Assembly (NCBI GenBank): GCA_011605725.1 | Contig: JAAOZP010000011.1 | Location: forward strand, 96,001 to 160,000 | Source of the DNA: Nitrososphaerota archaeon | GTDB taxonomy: Archaea > Thermoproteota > EX4484-205 > JAAOZP01 | Reading direction: 5' to 3' | Length of the DNA stretch: 64,000 bases | Part shown: positions 19,001 to 29,842 of the stretch, in pieces | How the letters are laid out: each line of letters starts with the position of its first letter | How positions within the stretch are numbered: the stretch's first letter is position 1 | Position numbers and translations under genes: made by a program | Notes under the pieces: generated by a model | The model's database searches: none | What the model saw: only the letters and a program-made list of their open reading frames with translations | What the model was told of the DNA's origin: nothing

Positions 19001-19789
19001 CTAATAAAGCTTGTTGAAGAGCCTCATGCTCTTCTCATGGGCTTCGACGGCAAGCCTTAAACCTTCCTCCGAGCAACCCAGCCTAAGCTTTGCTTCAGCC
19101 TCCTCCACTAAGCGTGCGAGTTCAACCGTCTGGTCGGCCGCTCCTTTTCTGAGCAATGCTTCAAGCGCAGACCTTGCGAGGTAGAGGATTTCATCCGTAA
19201 GCGTGTAACCCATGTACGGCAGCCTGCCGTATTCTAAAAGCCTAGTGTAAAGATCGCTCCGTCCCACGCTGAGTGTTTTCTCAACAAGCATCTCACCCCA
19301 GTGTCTAGCCCACTCCATGACTATGTCAAGATTATACCTTGTAACGGGCTCGGCCACAACAGGGTTGAAGCCTACCAGCATCATCCACCTACAGATCTCT
19401 TGAAGCGCTGTTACGCATCCCTTGCCTGTACCGCCTGCAACAGCCACTGCGACAGAAGGTCTAGCATCTTCACGATAGTTTCTCATCCTATCTATGAAGT
19501 TTTTCGCAAGACCGTTAACAGAGAGAAAGTAAACGGGTGCCGCGAAAACAAGCGCGTCGCACTCGTTGAAAAGCCGTCTCAACTCAAGCCCGTCATCCAC
19601 AACTATGCATTTCATGCTTTCCCAGCATTCGGCTTTTGCACATGCCAAGCAGGGTTGTAGCGTTTTACTGGACAGGTCGACAAGCTCTACGCTACCACCC
19701 TTGTCCTCAACCCCTTTGATTATTCTGTTTAAAATTTTTTTGCAAATCCCCTCCTTATGCGGAGAACCGTTAACAGCCAGGACTCGCAT
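19001..19789 (-). CDS. Iron-sulfur flavoprotein / flavodoxin-like FMN reductase with helical C-terminal extension
   Basis: NGSPH, CLAC..EC....C, APVYF, KNFIDR. Confidence 0.85.
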   Translation of the reverse strand: MRVLAVNGSPHKEGICKKILNRIIKGVEDKGGSVELVDLSSKTLQPCLACAKAECWESMKCIVVDDGLELRRLFNECDALVFAAPVYFLSVNGLAKNFIDRMRNYREDARPSVAVAVAGGTGKGCVTALQEICRWMMLVGFNPVVAEPVTRYNLDIVMEWARHWGEMLVEKTLSVGRSDLYTRLLEYGRLPYMGYTLTDEILYLARSALEALLRKGAADQTVELARLVEEAEAKLRLGCSEEGLRLAVEAHEKSMRLFNKLY

Positions 19790-20015
19790 GATTAAGGCTC
19801 GTGAAGCCTTCTATTAAATATTATTGAATTTCTCCCTGACTGATGATATGCATGGACGCGCGCCACTGTAGCTCGAGTTTTTATTTTGATATTCGCGCGC
19901 TGCCCTCTCTAGGAGGTGTTGTTTTAAAAGACGAAAAATGGGTTAAAAATTTTTCATTAAAAGCTTCTATTATGCATTTTTTTAAAAAATGAGTTTAGGA
20001 ACTGTTATTTTTCGT

Positions 20016-20050
20016 GAAAAGTTTAAATGTTGAACTGTTTGTAACATTTA
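20016..20050 (+). promoter_or_regulatory. BRE/TATA promoter overlapped by an inverted repeat
   Basis: gaaaag-tttaaa; TAAATGTT-N11-AACATTTA (20024-20050); ATG at 20060. Confidence 0.5.
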
Positions 20051-20059
20051 GAACAGACA

Positions 20060-23000
20060 ATGATGATATTAAACACATGCCGCATATTCGTTAGGCGTTT
20101 TGGAAAAACATGGGCAGGAGTACTGCTCGTAAGCATGATGCTCCTAGTCGTGCTCTCAATGTTGCCAACATCCCTGCATACTAGTGCAGTACCCCCCAGC
20201 AGACAACCCCCCAGTATTACGATTAATACTGTTACTCAGGACGGTAATCTTTTTACCGTCAAAGGGGTTGCTAGCTTCAGCGTCCCTGCTGGCCAGACGA
20301 GTCAATACCATGTTCAAGTGGTCTGGGAGCATAACGGTAGTGTTGTCTTTCAAAACGATTATGCAGAGATCCCCCCGTTGAAAGACCTGGGTGAAGAAAG
20401 ATACGAGTATGATTTTGCTGATTCTAGAACGCTGAATACTGGCGGGGAATGGACAATCAGGGCTAGACTCTACCATGTGAAACCTCCCGGGAACGATAAT
20501 CAGGCAGATGCTTCTACGAAGATCATTTTCACAACTTTTATGGTGACCATTACCACTAAGCCGGAAGGATTAAAAATAGCTGTGGACGGGGAAGTCTACA
20601 CGTCTCCGCAAACCTTTGCTTGGCTAAACGGCTCTAAGCACACTATCGGCACCTTCTCCCCGCAGTCTGAAGGAGACACGATTTACACGTGGGTTTCTTG
20701 GAGCGACGGCGGTGAAATAAGCCACATGGTGACAGCAGTAGGCGACGCCATCTACACAGCATTCTTCAAGAAGCAGTATCTTGTGTGCTTCAACCAAACG
20801 GGTCTTGACAGTTCTGCAACCGGGGTTATTGTAACGGTTAATGGTTCATCTAAAAGCTATGACAAACTGCCTTTCAGCAACTGGTATGATGAGAACGATT
20901 GGATCAGCTATAGTTATGCTGAAACAGTGAATAGCTCTCAAACAGGGAAAAGGTTCAAGCTTAACTATGTCACTGGACCAGCCTCGCCTTTCCAAGTCTC
21001 TTCATTCACGCTAGTGATTGGCAGCTACACGCCTCAATACCTTCTGACTGTTGAAACCGAGCCTGACGGCTTAACAATTATTCCTGGTGGCGGATGGTAT
21101 GATGCAAACTCGTTAATCATTTTAACAGCGCCGGGAACAATACCGGTTTCACAAGGAATCCAATACAGGTTCAGCCACTGGAGCATAGACGGGGTTTCTC
21201 AAGGCATGGGGGTCAACCCTATTACGGTGAGCATGAACACGACTCATACTGCAACAGCCCACTATGTTCTTCAATACTATCTGACGGTGGAATCTCCATA
21301 CGGGGCACCAAGCCCGGGCAGCGGATGGTTTGACGCTGGAACAAGTATAACAGCATCAGTCACCTCACCCTGGCCTCCTGACTCTGCAGACACCCGGAGT
21401 GTTTGCACAGGATGGGTAGGCACAGGAAGTGCCCCGTCCTCTGGAACCAATACTGAAGTGTCTTTCACTATTAATGCGCCCTCAAGCATAACCTGGAGCT
21501 GGAAAACCCAGTACCGCGTCGCTTTCATCCAGACAGGTGTTGACGTCGACTTCACCGGGGTAGTGATGACTATTGACGGTATCGGCCACGGTAGGGAGGG
21601 TCACGCCGCCTGGTATGATGTTGGAGCAAGCATCGACTTCAACTTCACGGGACTCCTGGTTGTTGCAGTCAACCAGAAACGATACGTGTTGACTAGCGTC
21701 AACGCTTCCACACCCTTGATTGTTACAGGCCCGCTTACCGTCATGGGCAGCTATAGGACACAGTATTACTTGACGATGATCACGAGCCACGGTACAGTAA
21801 GCCCCGGCGACGGGTGGTTTGACGCTGGTTCAACCGTGGAGATAACCGCTGCCCTGCCTCCGGTTGTCCAGGGTGAACGCTATGTTTGGATGGGATGGAC
21901 AGGGACAGGAAGCGGGTCATACACCGGTATGCAGAACCCGGCTCAAATAACCGTTAACAGCCCGATTAAAGAGTCAGCCTCATGGAAGCATCAATACTAT
22001 CTGGCTGTGAACACGCCATACGGCACTGCTGGCGGCGAAGACTGGTATGATGAGGGTTCAGCCGCTTACGCTACAGTAGCCCCGCTAACGGTTGACGGGC
22101 CGGATGGCGTAAGGTATGTCTTTTCACACTGGAGTGGAGATGCTTCAGGGACTGCTTCAACTTCAGACCCGATTACGATGAATGCGCCGAAGACGGCGAT
22201 TGCCATCTGGAAGACTCAGTACCGAGTTGTGTTCAACCAGAACGGTTTAGATGAAACAGCTGTTGGAACCGTTGTCACTGTCAACGGCTCAGAACATATG
22301 CAGAGCAACCTGCCTTTCACAACATGGGTGGACAGCGGTGCTTCAATCAACTATGGCTTTGAAAGCATTGTTTTAACCAGCGACCCCGGTAAGAGGTTTA
22401 GGCTAAACAATGTGACTGGGCCTGAAACACCGTTTACTGTTACTGGTCCCGTAACGGTTGCTGGAAACTATGTCACTCAATGGCGGGTCGTGTTCACTGT
22501 AGATCCACCCGGTTCAGGAACAACCGTGCCCTCTGGAGCCGGCTGGTATGACGCAGGGATACGGTTCAGCATATCTGCTGAGGCTAATCCTGGGTTCTCG
22601 TTTTCAGAGTGGACTGTGAACACCTCATCCATAAATATCGCCGACACTTCGTCGCAGCAGACCAGTGTGACAGTAAATGGTCAAGGAACCGTCACAGCAT
22701 GCTTCACCATTTTCTACACCGTCTCTTTCACTCAAATAGGCTTGCCAACCGGGGTTGAGTGGAGCGTTACTTTCAACGGGGTGACGAAATCCTCTACGTC
22801 GAACACTATTGTTTTCAGCAATGTTCAAACCGGAGACTACGCTTGGAGCACGCTAACGCTTATTCAATTAGATTCTGGAACAAGATACTTAGCGTCACCC
22901 TCATTCGGAACACTAAGCGTGCCGTCGCAGCTGACGCAAACGATAAGCTACACTGCCCAGTATAGGGTTGAAATATCATGGTCTGGGCTTGATGCTGAAG

Positions 23001-26000
23001 CCAGCGGCGGGAAAGTGGTCATCATCACGGTAGGCGGCACGGTTTTCAGCAGGAATGTGGAAGACGCTTTCTACGAGGAGTGGGTTAATGCTGGAGCAAC
23101 AGTAAGCTATGCTTTCGAGGAAACCTTGTCTACAGCAATGTCGGGGAAAAGGTTTAGCCTCCACCATGTATCAGGCACTTCGGCAAGCTTCTCCAACGAC
23201 TTCGGTCCCATTTCAGGACCAGTATATGAAACAGCATACTATAAAGCTCAATACTATATTACTGTAATCAGTGACTACGGCAGCCCAACTTCCTCAACAT
23301 GGGTTGACGAGGGGACCAGTTTCACCGCCTCGGTGACAAGCCCGGCTGAAACCATGGTCAACCAGCACCAATGGGTCTGCACAGGCTTCAAGGTAGATGA
23401 GAATCCTGTTCAAGAGGGTTCGAGCTACACGTTTGTAAACGTGCAGACGCCGCACACCATAGTGTTTTACTGGAAGAAACAGTTCTGGATCCAGGTTAAC
23501 AGCAACCATGGTTCTCCAACACCCTCCCAATGGGTGGATCAGGGTGGAAGCCTTATGGTGAGCGTAACCTCTCCAACCGACGAGTCTGAAGGAGTAAGGT
23601 ATAGGTGTAAAGGCTACACTATAGATAGCAACCCGCCTGTTGAAGACGGGAGCACAAGCCACTTTTTCAGTGACGTTCAGAGTGCTCACACGATTACTTT
23701 CAACTGGATCGCCCAGTACAAGGTTACTTTCTACACTAATCCTGTTCAGGGGACTGTAACGGTTCGGGGAGTAGTTAAGAATAATGGTGAAAGCGAGTTT
23801 TACGATGATGGGGAATCAATCCCGATTACTGCGAACCCTCCCTCTGGCTACTGGTTCTCACGCTGGACAGTAACCGGCGGAGTCGCTGTAGACAACTATG
23901 GGAGTCAAACGGCAATTATGATGGTGAGCAGACCAGGCAGTCTTTCAGCAATATTCGTCATAAACGCTGTCTCAATAACAATCACTTCCAGCCCTGTTAC
24001 TGGAGTAGGCTTCATCAAGGTTGACGGCGTGCCCTACAATACTCCGGTAACTTTCACATGGGTAACTGGGACGACCCACGTGCTGGAGGCGGTTTCAATC
24101 GTGCCTGGGGCAACAGGCATTAGGTATGTATGGAAAAGCTGGAGTGACAGCGGGGCTCAGATGCATGTCTACACTGTCCCCAGCATGTCTGAGACAGTGA
24201 CAGCATGCTTCTCAACCCAGTATTATCTGACGGTGATTTCACCGCACGATACTCCAGGAGGCTCAGGATGGTATGAGGAGGGCTCAATCGCGTATGCAAC
24301 GCTTGAGACCAGAATTGTTGTCGAGAACGGTGTGCAATACGTGTTTACAGGCTGGAGTGGAGACGCTTCCGGAACAAGCCTTACGAGTAACCCGATAATG
24401 ATGAACGGTCCGAAAACCGCTGTGGCGAACTGGGCAACTTCAGCATACACGGTGACTCTCGACAAGAGCCCGAGGCAAGGAGTGATCACAGTTGACGGTG
24501 TTGTTTACACGAGTCTTCCGGTAGTGCTCAACTGGGTTCCAGGATCTTCTCACACGGTTATGGTTCCCAGTATTGAAGAGGCGGGAGGCACAAGGTATGT
24601 TTTCAGAGAATGGTCAGACGGCTCGACACAGGCTAGTAGAATAATCGTCGCTGAGAAAACTGGAGCAGTCTATGTCGCCTACTACAACGTGCAGCATAGG
24701 CTAACGGTCTACTCTGACCACGGGCTGACCACGGGCTCAGGATGGTATGACGAGGGTGTTGAAGCAGTTTTCTCCGTAACACCAACCATAGTGAGAGACG
24801 AGACAGAGGGAGTGGAGTACACGTTTAAAGGCTGGGTTGGAAGCGGGGCTGGAAAACACTACACCGGGCCGGATAATCCTGCGCGAGTCATAATGACTGG
24901 GCCTGTTGAGGAGAAAGCAGAATGGGAGCCTTCAATGTACTGTTTAAAAGTTGTCAGCGAGTATGGAGACCCGTATGGAAGCGGCTGGTATCCTGTAAAC
25001 TCTGAAGCACGGTTCGGAGTAAACACGCCTGTTAACCATGGTAACGGCACGATGAGAGTCTTCTTAAACTGGTTTGGAGACATAAGTCTCAGGGAGCCTG
25101 TTGGAACCCTGATTATGGTTAGGCCGTATACTGTAATAGCCAACTGGGACACTCAATACTTAGTGGTTTACAATACGACTGCTCCAAACGGTGTTTTACT
25201 ATCTGTGCCAGGAGTGCCTCAAACATTGGCACCGGGCTTCAACGTTTACGCGCAGTATTACTCAGCAGGAAGCAGGGTTAAAATCGGGCCGGCGCCCGGA
25301 ACCGTGTACGCGACTGAGGATACAAGGTATTGTTTCGAAGGCTGGATGATAAATGGGGAACCGGTCTCTTCCGATTCGAACCTAGACTTTACTGTGAATA
25401 AGCCTCTGCACATATCCATGACATATGGAACCGAGATACTCTTGACTGTAAACGTGGTAGGGGCGAATCGCAACTTCACTGTGAAACTTACGGTGGAGAA
25501 GAGCCCAGCCTACGTGCTTGACATCACGCCCTTATCTCCCTTTAAAGAATGGGTGAAGAAAGACACTGGCTTAACCCTCACCGTTTCCAGCCCGAACAAG
25601 ATAGGCCGTGGAGAGTGGGCTGTTTTCAGAGAATGGTCTGGAGACGCTCAGGGAAGTCAGAGAATAATCTCGTTGAAAGCTTCGAGACCAATAACGGTGA
25701 ACGCAGTGTTCTTCGCGGTCAACCCGGTTGCAGAATCAATACCCTACTCGCTGTTAACGGGCATAGTGTCGATAGTTCTTTCACGTTTAATACGGAGAAA
25801 ACGTGCAGAAGAACCCTTGGAACACCGGAGCTATTCGCCAACCCTGGGAATAGTGTCGCTGACTGCTGTGTTAACCGTATCAATAATAGTGAGCATCAGC
25901 GTAGCCATGGGCTACGGGATAAACGTTGCTGAGCTTCCAGACTTAGAAAACTGGGCCGTATTGTTCACCGGGGTTGAGGCAATCTTCTTCCTGGTCGCGA

Positions 26001-26077
26001 CACTGCTTGTTACAAGGCGTTCTTACCCGAGGAAGATGGAGATCCCAGTCATCTATCCGAACCCCTACGGGATTTAA
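20060..26077 (+). CDS. Giant cell-surface protein with about 20 beta-rich repeats (divergent InlB B-repeat-like) and about 3 C-terminal TM helices
   Basis: Signal peptide; recurrent GxGWYDxG..RYVFxxWxG..AxWxxQY units; many NxS/T sequons. Confidence 0.8.
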   Translation: MMILNTCRIFVRRFGKTWAGVLLVSMMLLVVLSMLPTSLHTSAVPPSRQPPSITINTVTQDGNLFTVKGVASFSVPAGQTSQYHVQVVWEHNGSVVFQNDYAEIPPLKDLGEERYEYDFADSRTLNTGGEWTIRARLYHVKPPGNDNQADASTKIIFTTFMVTITTKPEGLKIAVDGEVYTSPQTFAWLNGSKHTIGTFSPQSEGDTIYTWVSWSDGGEISHMVTAVGDAIYTAFFKKQYLVCFNQTGLDSSATGVIVTVNGSSKSYDKLPFSNWYDENDWISYSYAETVNSSQTGKRFKLNYVTGPASPFQVSSFTLVIGSYTPQYLLTVETEPDGLTIIPGGGWYDANSLIILTAPGTIPVSQGIQYRFSHWSIDGVSQGMGVNPITVSMNTTHTATAHYVLQYYLTVESPYGAPSPGSGWFDAGTSITASVTSPWPPDSADTRSVCTGWVGTGSAPSSGTNTEVSFTINAPSSITWSWKTQYRVAFIQTGVDVDFTGVVMTIDGIGHGREGHAAWYDVGASIDFNFTGLLVVAVNQKRYVLTSVNASTPLIVTGPLTVMGSYRTQYYLTMITSHGTVSPGDGWFDAGSTVEITAALPPVVQGERYVWMGWTGTGSGSYTGMQNPAQITVNSPIKESASWKHQYYLAVNTPYGTAGGEDWYDEGSAAYATVAPLTVDGPDGVRYVFSHWSGDASGTASTSDPITMNAPKTAIAIWKTQYRVVFNQNGLDETAVGTVVTVNGSEHMQSNLPFTTWVDSGASINYGFESIVLTSDPGKRFRLNNVTGPETPFTVTGPVTVAGNYVTQWRVVFTVDPPGSGTTVPSGAGWYDAGIRFSISAEANPGFSFSEWTVNTSSINIADTSSQQTSVTVNGQGTVTACFTIFYTVSFTQIGLPTGVEWSVTFNGVTKSSTSNTIVFSNVQTGDYAWSTLTLIQLDSGTRYLASPSFGTLSVPSQLTQTISYTAQYRVEISWSGLDAEASGGKVVIITVGGTVFSRNVEDAFYEEWVNAGATVSYAFEETLSTAMSGKRFSLHHVSGTSASFSNDFGPISGPVYETAYYKAQYYITVISDYGSPTSSTWVDEGTSFTASVTSPAETMVNQHQWVCTGFKVDENPVQEGSSYTFVNVQTPHTIVFYWKKQFWIQVNSNHGSPTPSQWVDQGGSLMVSVTSPTDESEGVRYRCKGYTIDSNPPVEDGSTSHFFSDVQSAHTITFNWIAQYKVTFYTNPVQGTVTVRGVVKNNGESEFYDDGESIPITANPPSGYWFSRWTVTGGVAVDNYGSQTAIMMVSRPGSLSAIFVINAVSITITSSPVTGVGFIKVDGVPYNTPVTFTWVTGTTHVLEAVSIVPGATGIRYVWKSWSDSGAQMHVYTVPSMSETVTACFSTQYYLTVISPHDTPGGSGWYEEGSIAYATLETRIVVENGVQYVFTGWSGDASGTSLTSNPIMMNGPKTAVANWATSAYTVTLDKSPRQGVITVDGVVYTSLPVVLNWVPGSSHTVMVPSIEEAGGTRYVFREWSDGSTQASRIIVAEKTGAVYVAYYNVQHRLTVYSDHGLTTGSGWYDEGVEAVFSVTPTIVRDETEGVEYTFKGWVGSGAGKHYTGPDNPARVIMTGPVEEKAEWEPSMYCLKVVSEYGDPYGSGWYPVNSEARFGVNTPVNHGNGTMRVFLNWFGDISLREPVGTLIMVRPYTVIANWDTQYLVVYNTTAPNGVLLSVPGVPQTLAPGFNVYAQYYSAGSRVKIGPAPGTVYATEDTRYCFEGWMINGEPVSSDSNLDFTVNKPLHISMTYGTEILLTVNVVGANRNFTVKLTVEKSPAYVLDITPLSPFKEWVKKDTGLTLTVSSPNKIGRGEWAVFREWSGDAQGSQRIISLKASRPITVNAVFFAVNPVAESIPYSLLTGIVSIVLSRLIRRKRAEEPLEHRSYSPTLGIVSLTAVLTVSIIVSISVAMGYGINVAELPDLENWAVLFTGVEAIFFLVATLLVTRRSYPRKMEIPVIYPNPYGI

Positions 26078-26154
26078 GATGGGAGTTAGACAACTTATGA
26101 ACAAACAATGTCTTTATAGCTTCGTTGAAAATATTTTAAAGGAATGATGGTAAA

Positions 26155-27258
26155 ATGAAAGAGTTGAAAGAATTGAGGGAGGAGCATGTTCATCTTCTAA
26201 GACAACCTTACGGCTCGTTCTACTCGATGGACAGCCTCGACTTGAAAATCATCGAGGAAGTCCGCAAGCGTGGTCCAAGTAACATTTCTGAAATATCAAG
26301 AGTTTTAAACGTTGCTCCATCAACAGTATCCAGAAGGCTGGAGAAAATGGCTGCGACTCTTAAGCTTAGAATATTGACGAACCTGGCTTACCATAAGATT
26401 GGCATTAGAAGAGCAATTGTTGAAATAGAGCCTGAAGCCGGGGCTGAGGCAGAGCTGATGGAGAAAATCCTATCCTTAAGCTACTGGTTTCAATCCTACA
26501 GGATTCTTGGGAGCTTCGGCTACCTTGTTGGCTTTAAAATACCTTATGCCTTCTACAATGCTTACGAGTCAATGCTCAACAGTCTTAAGGAAGAATATAG
26601 GGTGAAGCATCTCGCTATCCACCCTCTTGGCGAAATAGTTGGCGTCGGACCCTGTTTCCGAAACTATGACGCAGAGGTTAAAAGATGGAGGATTGACTGG
26701 AGCGATATAAGAAGAAGCTTGACGGAGTCTAGCCCAATAATTCTTGAAGACCCTCCCGGATACAGCATGGAGGCAGATCCTCTGGATGTTCGAATAATGC
26801 TTATTCTTGAGAGTGATGCGCAGACCTCAATGTCTGATATAGCAAAGATTACAGGTGTCTCGGTTCCAACAGTGTCGAACAGGATTAAGAAGCTGACGGC
26901 GAACGGATTAATCCTCGGCTACGTTGCAAACATTCTTCCATTTCCATTGGAGGATTCTCGGCTCCTCCAGCTGATGGTGGAGTTTCCAGGGAAAACAGAG
27001 ATGCAGACATTCGCCTCAGGCCTATTGCAAACACCTTTTCTCCTGAGTTTTCAGAAAGAAATTGTGAAGCCGACGCTCTTCGCAAGGCTGTACCTGCCAA
27101 ACCGGGAGTATCCCTCGCTATCTGATCTTCTGAGAAGCCTGGTGAGAGAGGGGTTCGTGAAAGGATTCTCCGTGGTTGAACTAGACATTACTAGTGAACA
27201 GTCTAGAAAAATATCCGTTGGATTACTGGATTCGAAGGGCCAGTGGCAATTCGGATGA
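26155..27258 (+). CDS. Tandem Lrp/AsnC-type wHTH regulator
   Basis: Two HTH units: DSLDLKII..ISEISRVLNVAPSTVSRRL and DPLDVRIM..MSDIAKITGVSVPTVSNRI. Confidence 0.85.
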   Translation: MKELKELREEHVHLLRQPYGSFYSMDSLDLKIIEEVRKRGPSNISEISRVLNVAPSTVSRRLEKMAATLKLRILTNLAYHKIGIRRAIVEIEPEAGAEAELMEKILSLSYWFQSYRILGSFGYLVGFKIPYAFYNAYESMLNSLKEEYRVKHLAIHPLGEIVGVGPCFRNYDAEVKRWRIDWSDIRRSLTESSPIILEDPPGYSMEADPLDVRIMLILESDAQTSMSDIAKITGVSVPTVSNRIKKLTANGLILGYVANILPFPLEDSRLLQLMVEFPGKTEMQTFASGLLQTPFLLSFQKEIVKPTLFARLYLPNREYPSLSDLLRSLVREGFVKGFSVVELDITSEQSRKISVGLLDSKGQWQFG

Positions 27259-27443
27259 TCCGAGAATAACCGTTTAAACCACAGCCTTGATTCGCTTACT
27301 CTCACCAACATAGGCGCCTTCTTCAGATAAAAGCAGGGCCTCGATTTTTCGAGGCTTGTCTGTATTTTTCAGTGCAGACAATAAATGTTTGTATTTTTTG
27401 AATCAAACTGAGCCATAAGTATAGACAGTTCTTCATTTTCCTT

Positions 27444-28772
27444 GTGGCGAATTCCAGCAGAGCGGGTAAAAACCTTGTGCTTATCCTATTGATGGTTATG
27501 ATCCTTTTCACAGGATGCTCGCATTTTAATCAAGCTATAGGAGAGGCATCTGGGGAGTATGATCTGCTCGTCATCGGGCCAGAATCCTATCGGAGAATCC
27601 TGCAATGTTTTCTAGACTTTAAGGCAACACAGGGTATTAAGGCCAAGTTTCACCCGATCGAGCTGATCAGCATGAACATAACAGAGCCAAGTATTATTGC
27701 TGAAAAACTCCACGAGTTCATTGCTGGAGAATACTTTAAGTCAAGCATTAAATATCTGATTCTAGTAGGAACATATGAGCATGTGCCCACGAAATACGTT
27801 TACTCGCCGGGCGACGAGCTTGGGATGGCTGACTTCAACTATAAACCGTCTGACTGGTATTACGGTGTTCCAGACTGGAATGACTCTGAAATCGGCCTCT
27901 TGGGCGGAAACATTCCGAGGATTGCTGTCGGAAGACTGCCTGTGAAGAATGAAGAGGAGCTGGACCGTTTGATCAAGAAGATTATCCGTGTGGAAGCAGG
28001 TTTTCAACCAGGCCTGTTTCTCATACTGAGGGATCAATCTGTTAACGTTGATCAGCTGCTTAACGTGCTGCACTTCTCCAGTCCAATACGTGTAAACACG
28101 ACTCCCAGCACCCTGGATTCCTCCTTCTTTAAAAACGTAACCTTCTTGGTGACGATAACTCACGGCAGTTGGAATACGCTTTTCACGAGAACGCCGGAGG
28201 GAGAGTTAAAACCGCTAGTAACCTCTAATGAGGTTAGCAGGATAACGGAGAACTATGCTCTTCACTACATGGCTGCCTGCTTCGCGGGGGCACTTGACTC
28301 GGAGGGTGAATGCCTAGCACGTGTCCTTATTACTTCAGCCGGAGGGCCAGCTCTAGTGATCGCAAGTTCTAGAACAGAATGGTCTGAAAACCCTATTCTG
28401 CCAGTGTTCTGGAAGCGTTTTCTCGCCACGGGGGACGTGGGCGGATCATTCATAGAGGCTGTTGAAACATACCTTCTGGACGCAAATGTTTTCTCAGCGT
28501 CTAAGCCATCGTTCAGCCAGTATAATTTCTACCTTACCAAAGTAATATATGGAGACGTGTCTTGGAGAGTTGAAAACCCTGTGGGCAGCATGATGAATAG
28601 AGACGCATCGCCTAATTCAAGCAGCCGTATGGAAAACAGTTTAAAAGGTCTTTTAAACACGAATATTGTCGAGAAGGAGGCTAAACCCGCCTGGATCATC
28701 ATCCTGCTGCTTGCAACAGTTTTTCCAAGCTGTATTCTCGTTTTTCAAAAACAGTGGAAGAGTTTTCGCTGA
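27444..28772 (+). CDS. Peptidase C25 (gingipain-like) cysteine protease, membrane-anchored
   Basis: YLILVG..HVP, SDWYY, IAVGRLP, THG (His), AACFAG (Cys), YGD; N- and C-terminal hydrophobic helices. Confidence 0.8.
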   Translation: MANSSRAGKNLVLILLMVMILFTGCSHFNQAIGEASGEYDLLVIGPESYRRILQCFLDFKATQGIKAKFHPIELISMNITEPSIIAEKLHEFIAGEYFKSSIKYLILVGTYEHVPTKYVYSPGDELGMADFNYKPSDWYYGVPDWNDSEIGLLGGNIPRIAVGRLPVKNEEELDRLIKKIIRVEAGFQPGLFLILRDQSVNVDQLLNVLHFSSPIRVNTTPSTLDSSFFKNVTFLVTITHGSWNTLFTRTPEGELKPLVTSNEVSRITENYALHYMAACFAGALDSEGECLARVLITSAGGPALVIASSRTEWSENPILPVFWKRFLATGDVGGSFIEAVETYLLDANVFSASKPSFSQYNFYLTKVIYGDVSWRVENPVGSMMNRDASPNSSSRMENSLKGLLNTNIVEKEAKPAWIIILLLATVFPSCILVFQKQWKSFR

Positions 28773-28807
28773 AAGTTTAAAAACGACGATTATCCTTTTG
28801 AATCGGC

Positions 28808-29842
28808 TTGCCTGATGCTAAGCTTATCGTAGGAATGGTTTTAACCCTGATCGGAGCCAGCCTAGTATTGGGCTTCCTGCCTGTTAAAACAGAGTATTCC
28901 CAGGAAGACCATGGCGGTGCTTCGAGAGAGGTTCGGGTGGAGTATGTGGAGAAACACAACTACACCTATTTTCTGAGCCAATGCTTTCTACTTAGAAACC
29001 CTTCCAACAATACTGTAGTGGATCTGGTTTACATGTGGCTTCCAGTTAACGCGAGCAACCAGTTAGTGAGGCTCTTGGAGACAAACCGTGAACCATTATA
29101 CAGGAAAAACAGTGAAGACGGTGCTGTAATACTTGTCTACAACTTGAGCCTAATGGGTGGAGAAACCACGTGGATCAACGCCACGCTTCAAGTGACTGTT
29201 GAAAAATACAGGCTCATCATGGAGAACCTTCCCTGGATGAATTATTCTCAGGTTGAGAAGAACACGGGTGGTAAAAGATACTGGGCGGTTGAAAACCAGA
29301 CGTACGTTTCAATAGCTCAGAGCATAGGTCTAGATGCTAGGGATCCTGTTGAAGCCTGCAGCAGGATCGGGAAATGGATACTTGCCAGGCTCAACTACCA
29401 GCCAACTTGGAGAAGAGGTGCGGAACACGCGTTGATTCTGAAAGACGGTAAGCTGGCTGTCTCAGGGGACTGCGAAGAGGTTGCCGACGTTTTCGTAACG
29501 CTTGCAAGAATACTTGGAATACGTTCAAGAGTAGCGCACGGCATCTACCTGCTTGAGGATAAGGATGTCGTAACAATGTGGATGAGGAGGACTGAAACTG
29601 GCTACGATCTTTCAGACAACTGGGGTGGGCACGCTTGGCCGCAGATATATGTCCCGCAAGCAGGATGGGTTGATGTTGAGCTGCTTGAAGGAGGAACTGT
29701 TAAAATAGGCGACTTCTCCCAGTACCATATTAAATACGGCTTTGAAGAAAAAAGCTTCATGGGTTCGACAATGCTCTACTGTCAGGCGATGTATTTGGAG
29801 ACAGATTTTTTCCACTTCACTTTCAGGAGGGTTCAGCCATGA
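28808..29842 (+). CDS. Transglutaminase-like domain protein, exported
   Basis: GDCEEVADVFVTLARILGIRSR, GHAW, GWVDVE; N-terminal TM helix. Confidence 0.85.
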   Translation: MPDAKLIVGMVLTLIGASLVLGFLPVKTEYSQEDHGGASREVRVEYVEKHNYTYFLSQCFLLRNPSNNTVVDLVYMWLPVNASNQLVRLLETNREPLYRKNSEDGAVILVYNLSLMGGETTWINATLQVTVEKYRLIMENLPWMNYSQVEKNTGGKRYWAVENQTYVSIAQSIGLDARDPVEACSRIGKWILARLNYQPTWRRGAEHALILKDGKLAVSGDCEEVADVFVTLARILGIRSRVAHGIYLLEDKDVVTMWMRRTETGYDLSDNWGGHAWPQIYVPQAGWVDVELLEGGTVKIGDFSQYHIKYGFEEKSFMGSTMLYCQAMYLETDFFHFTFRRVQP

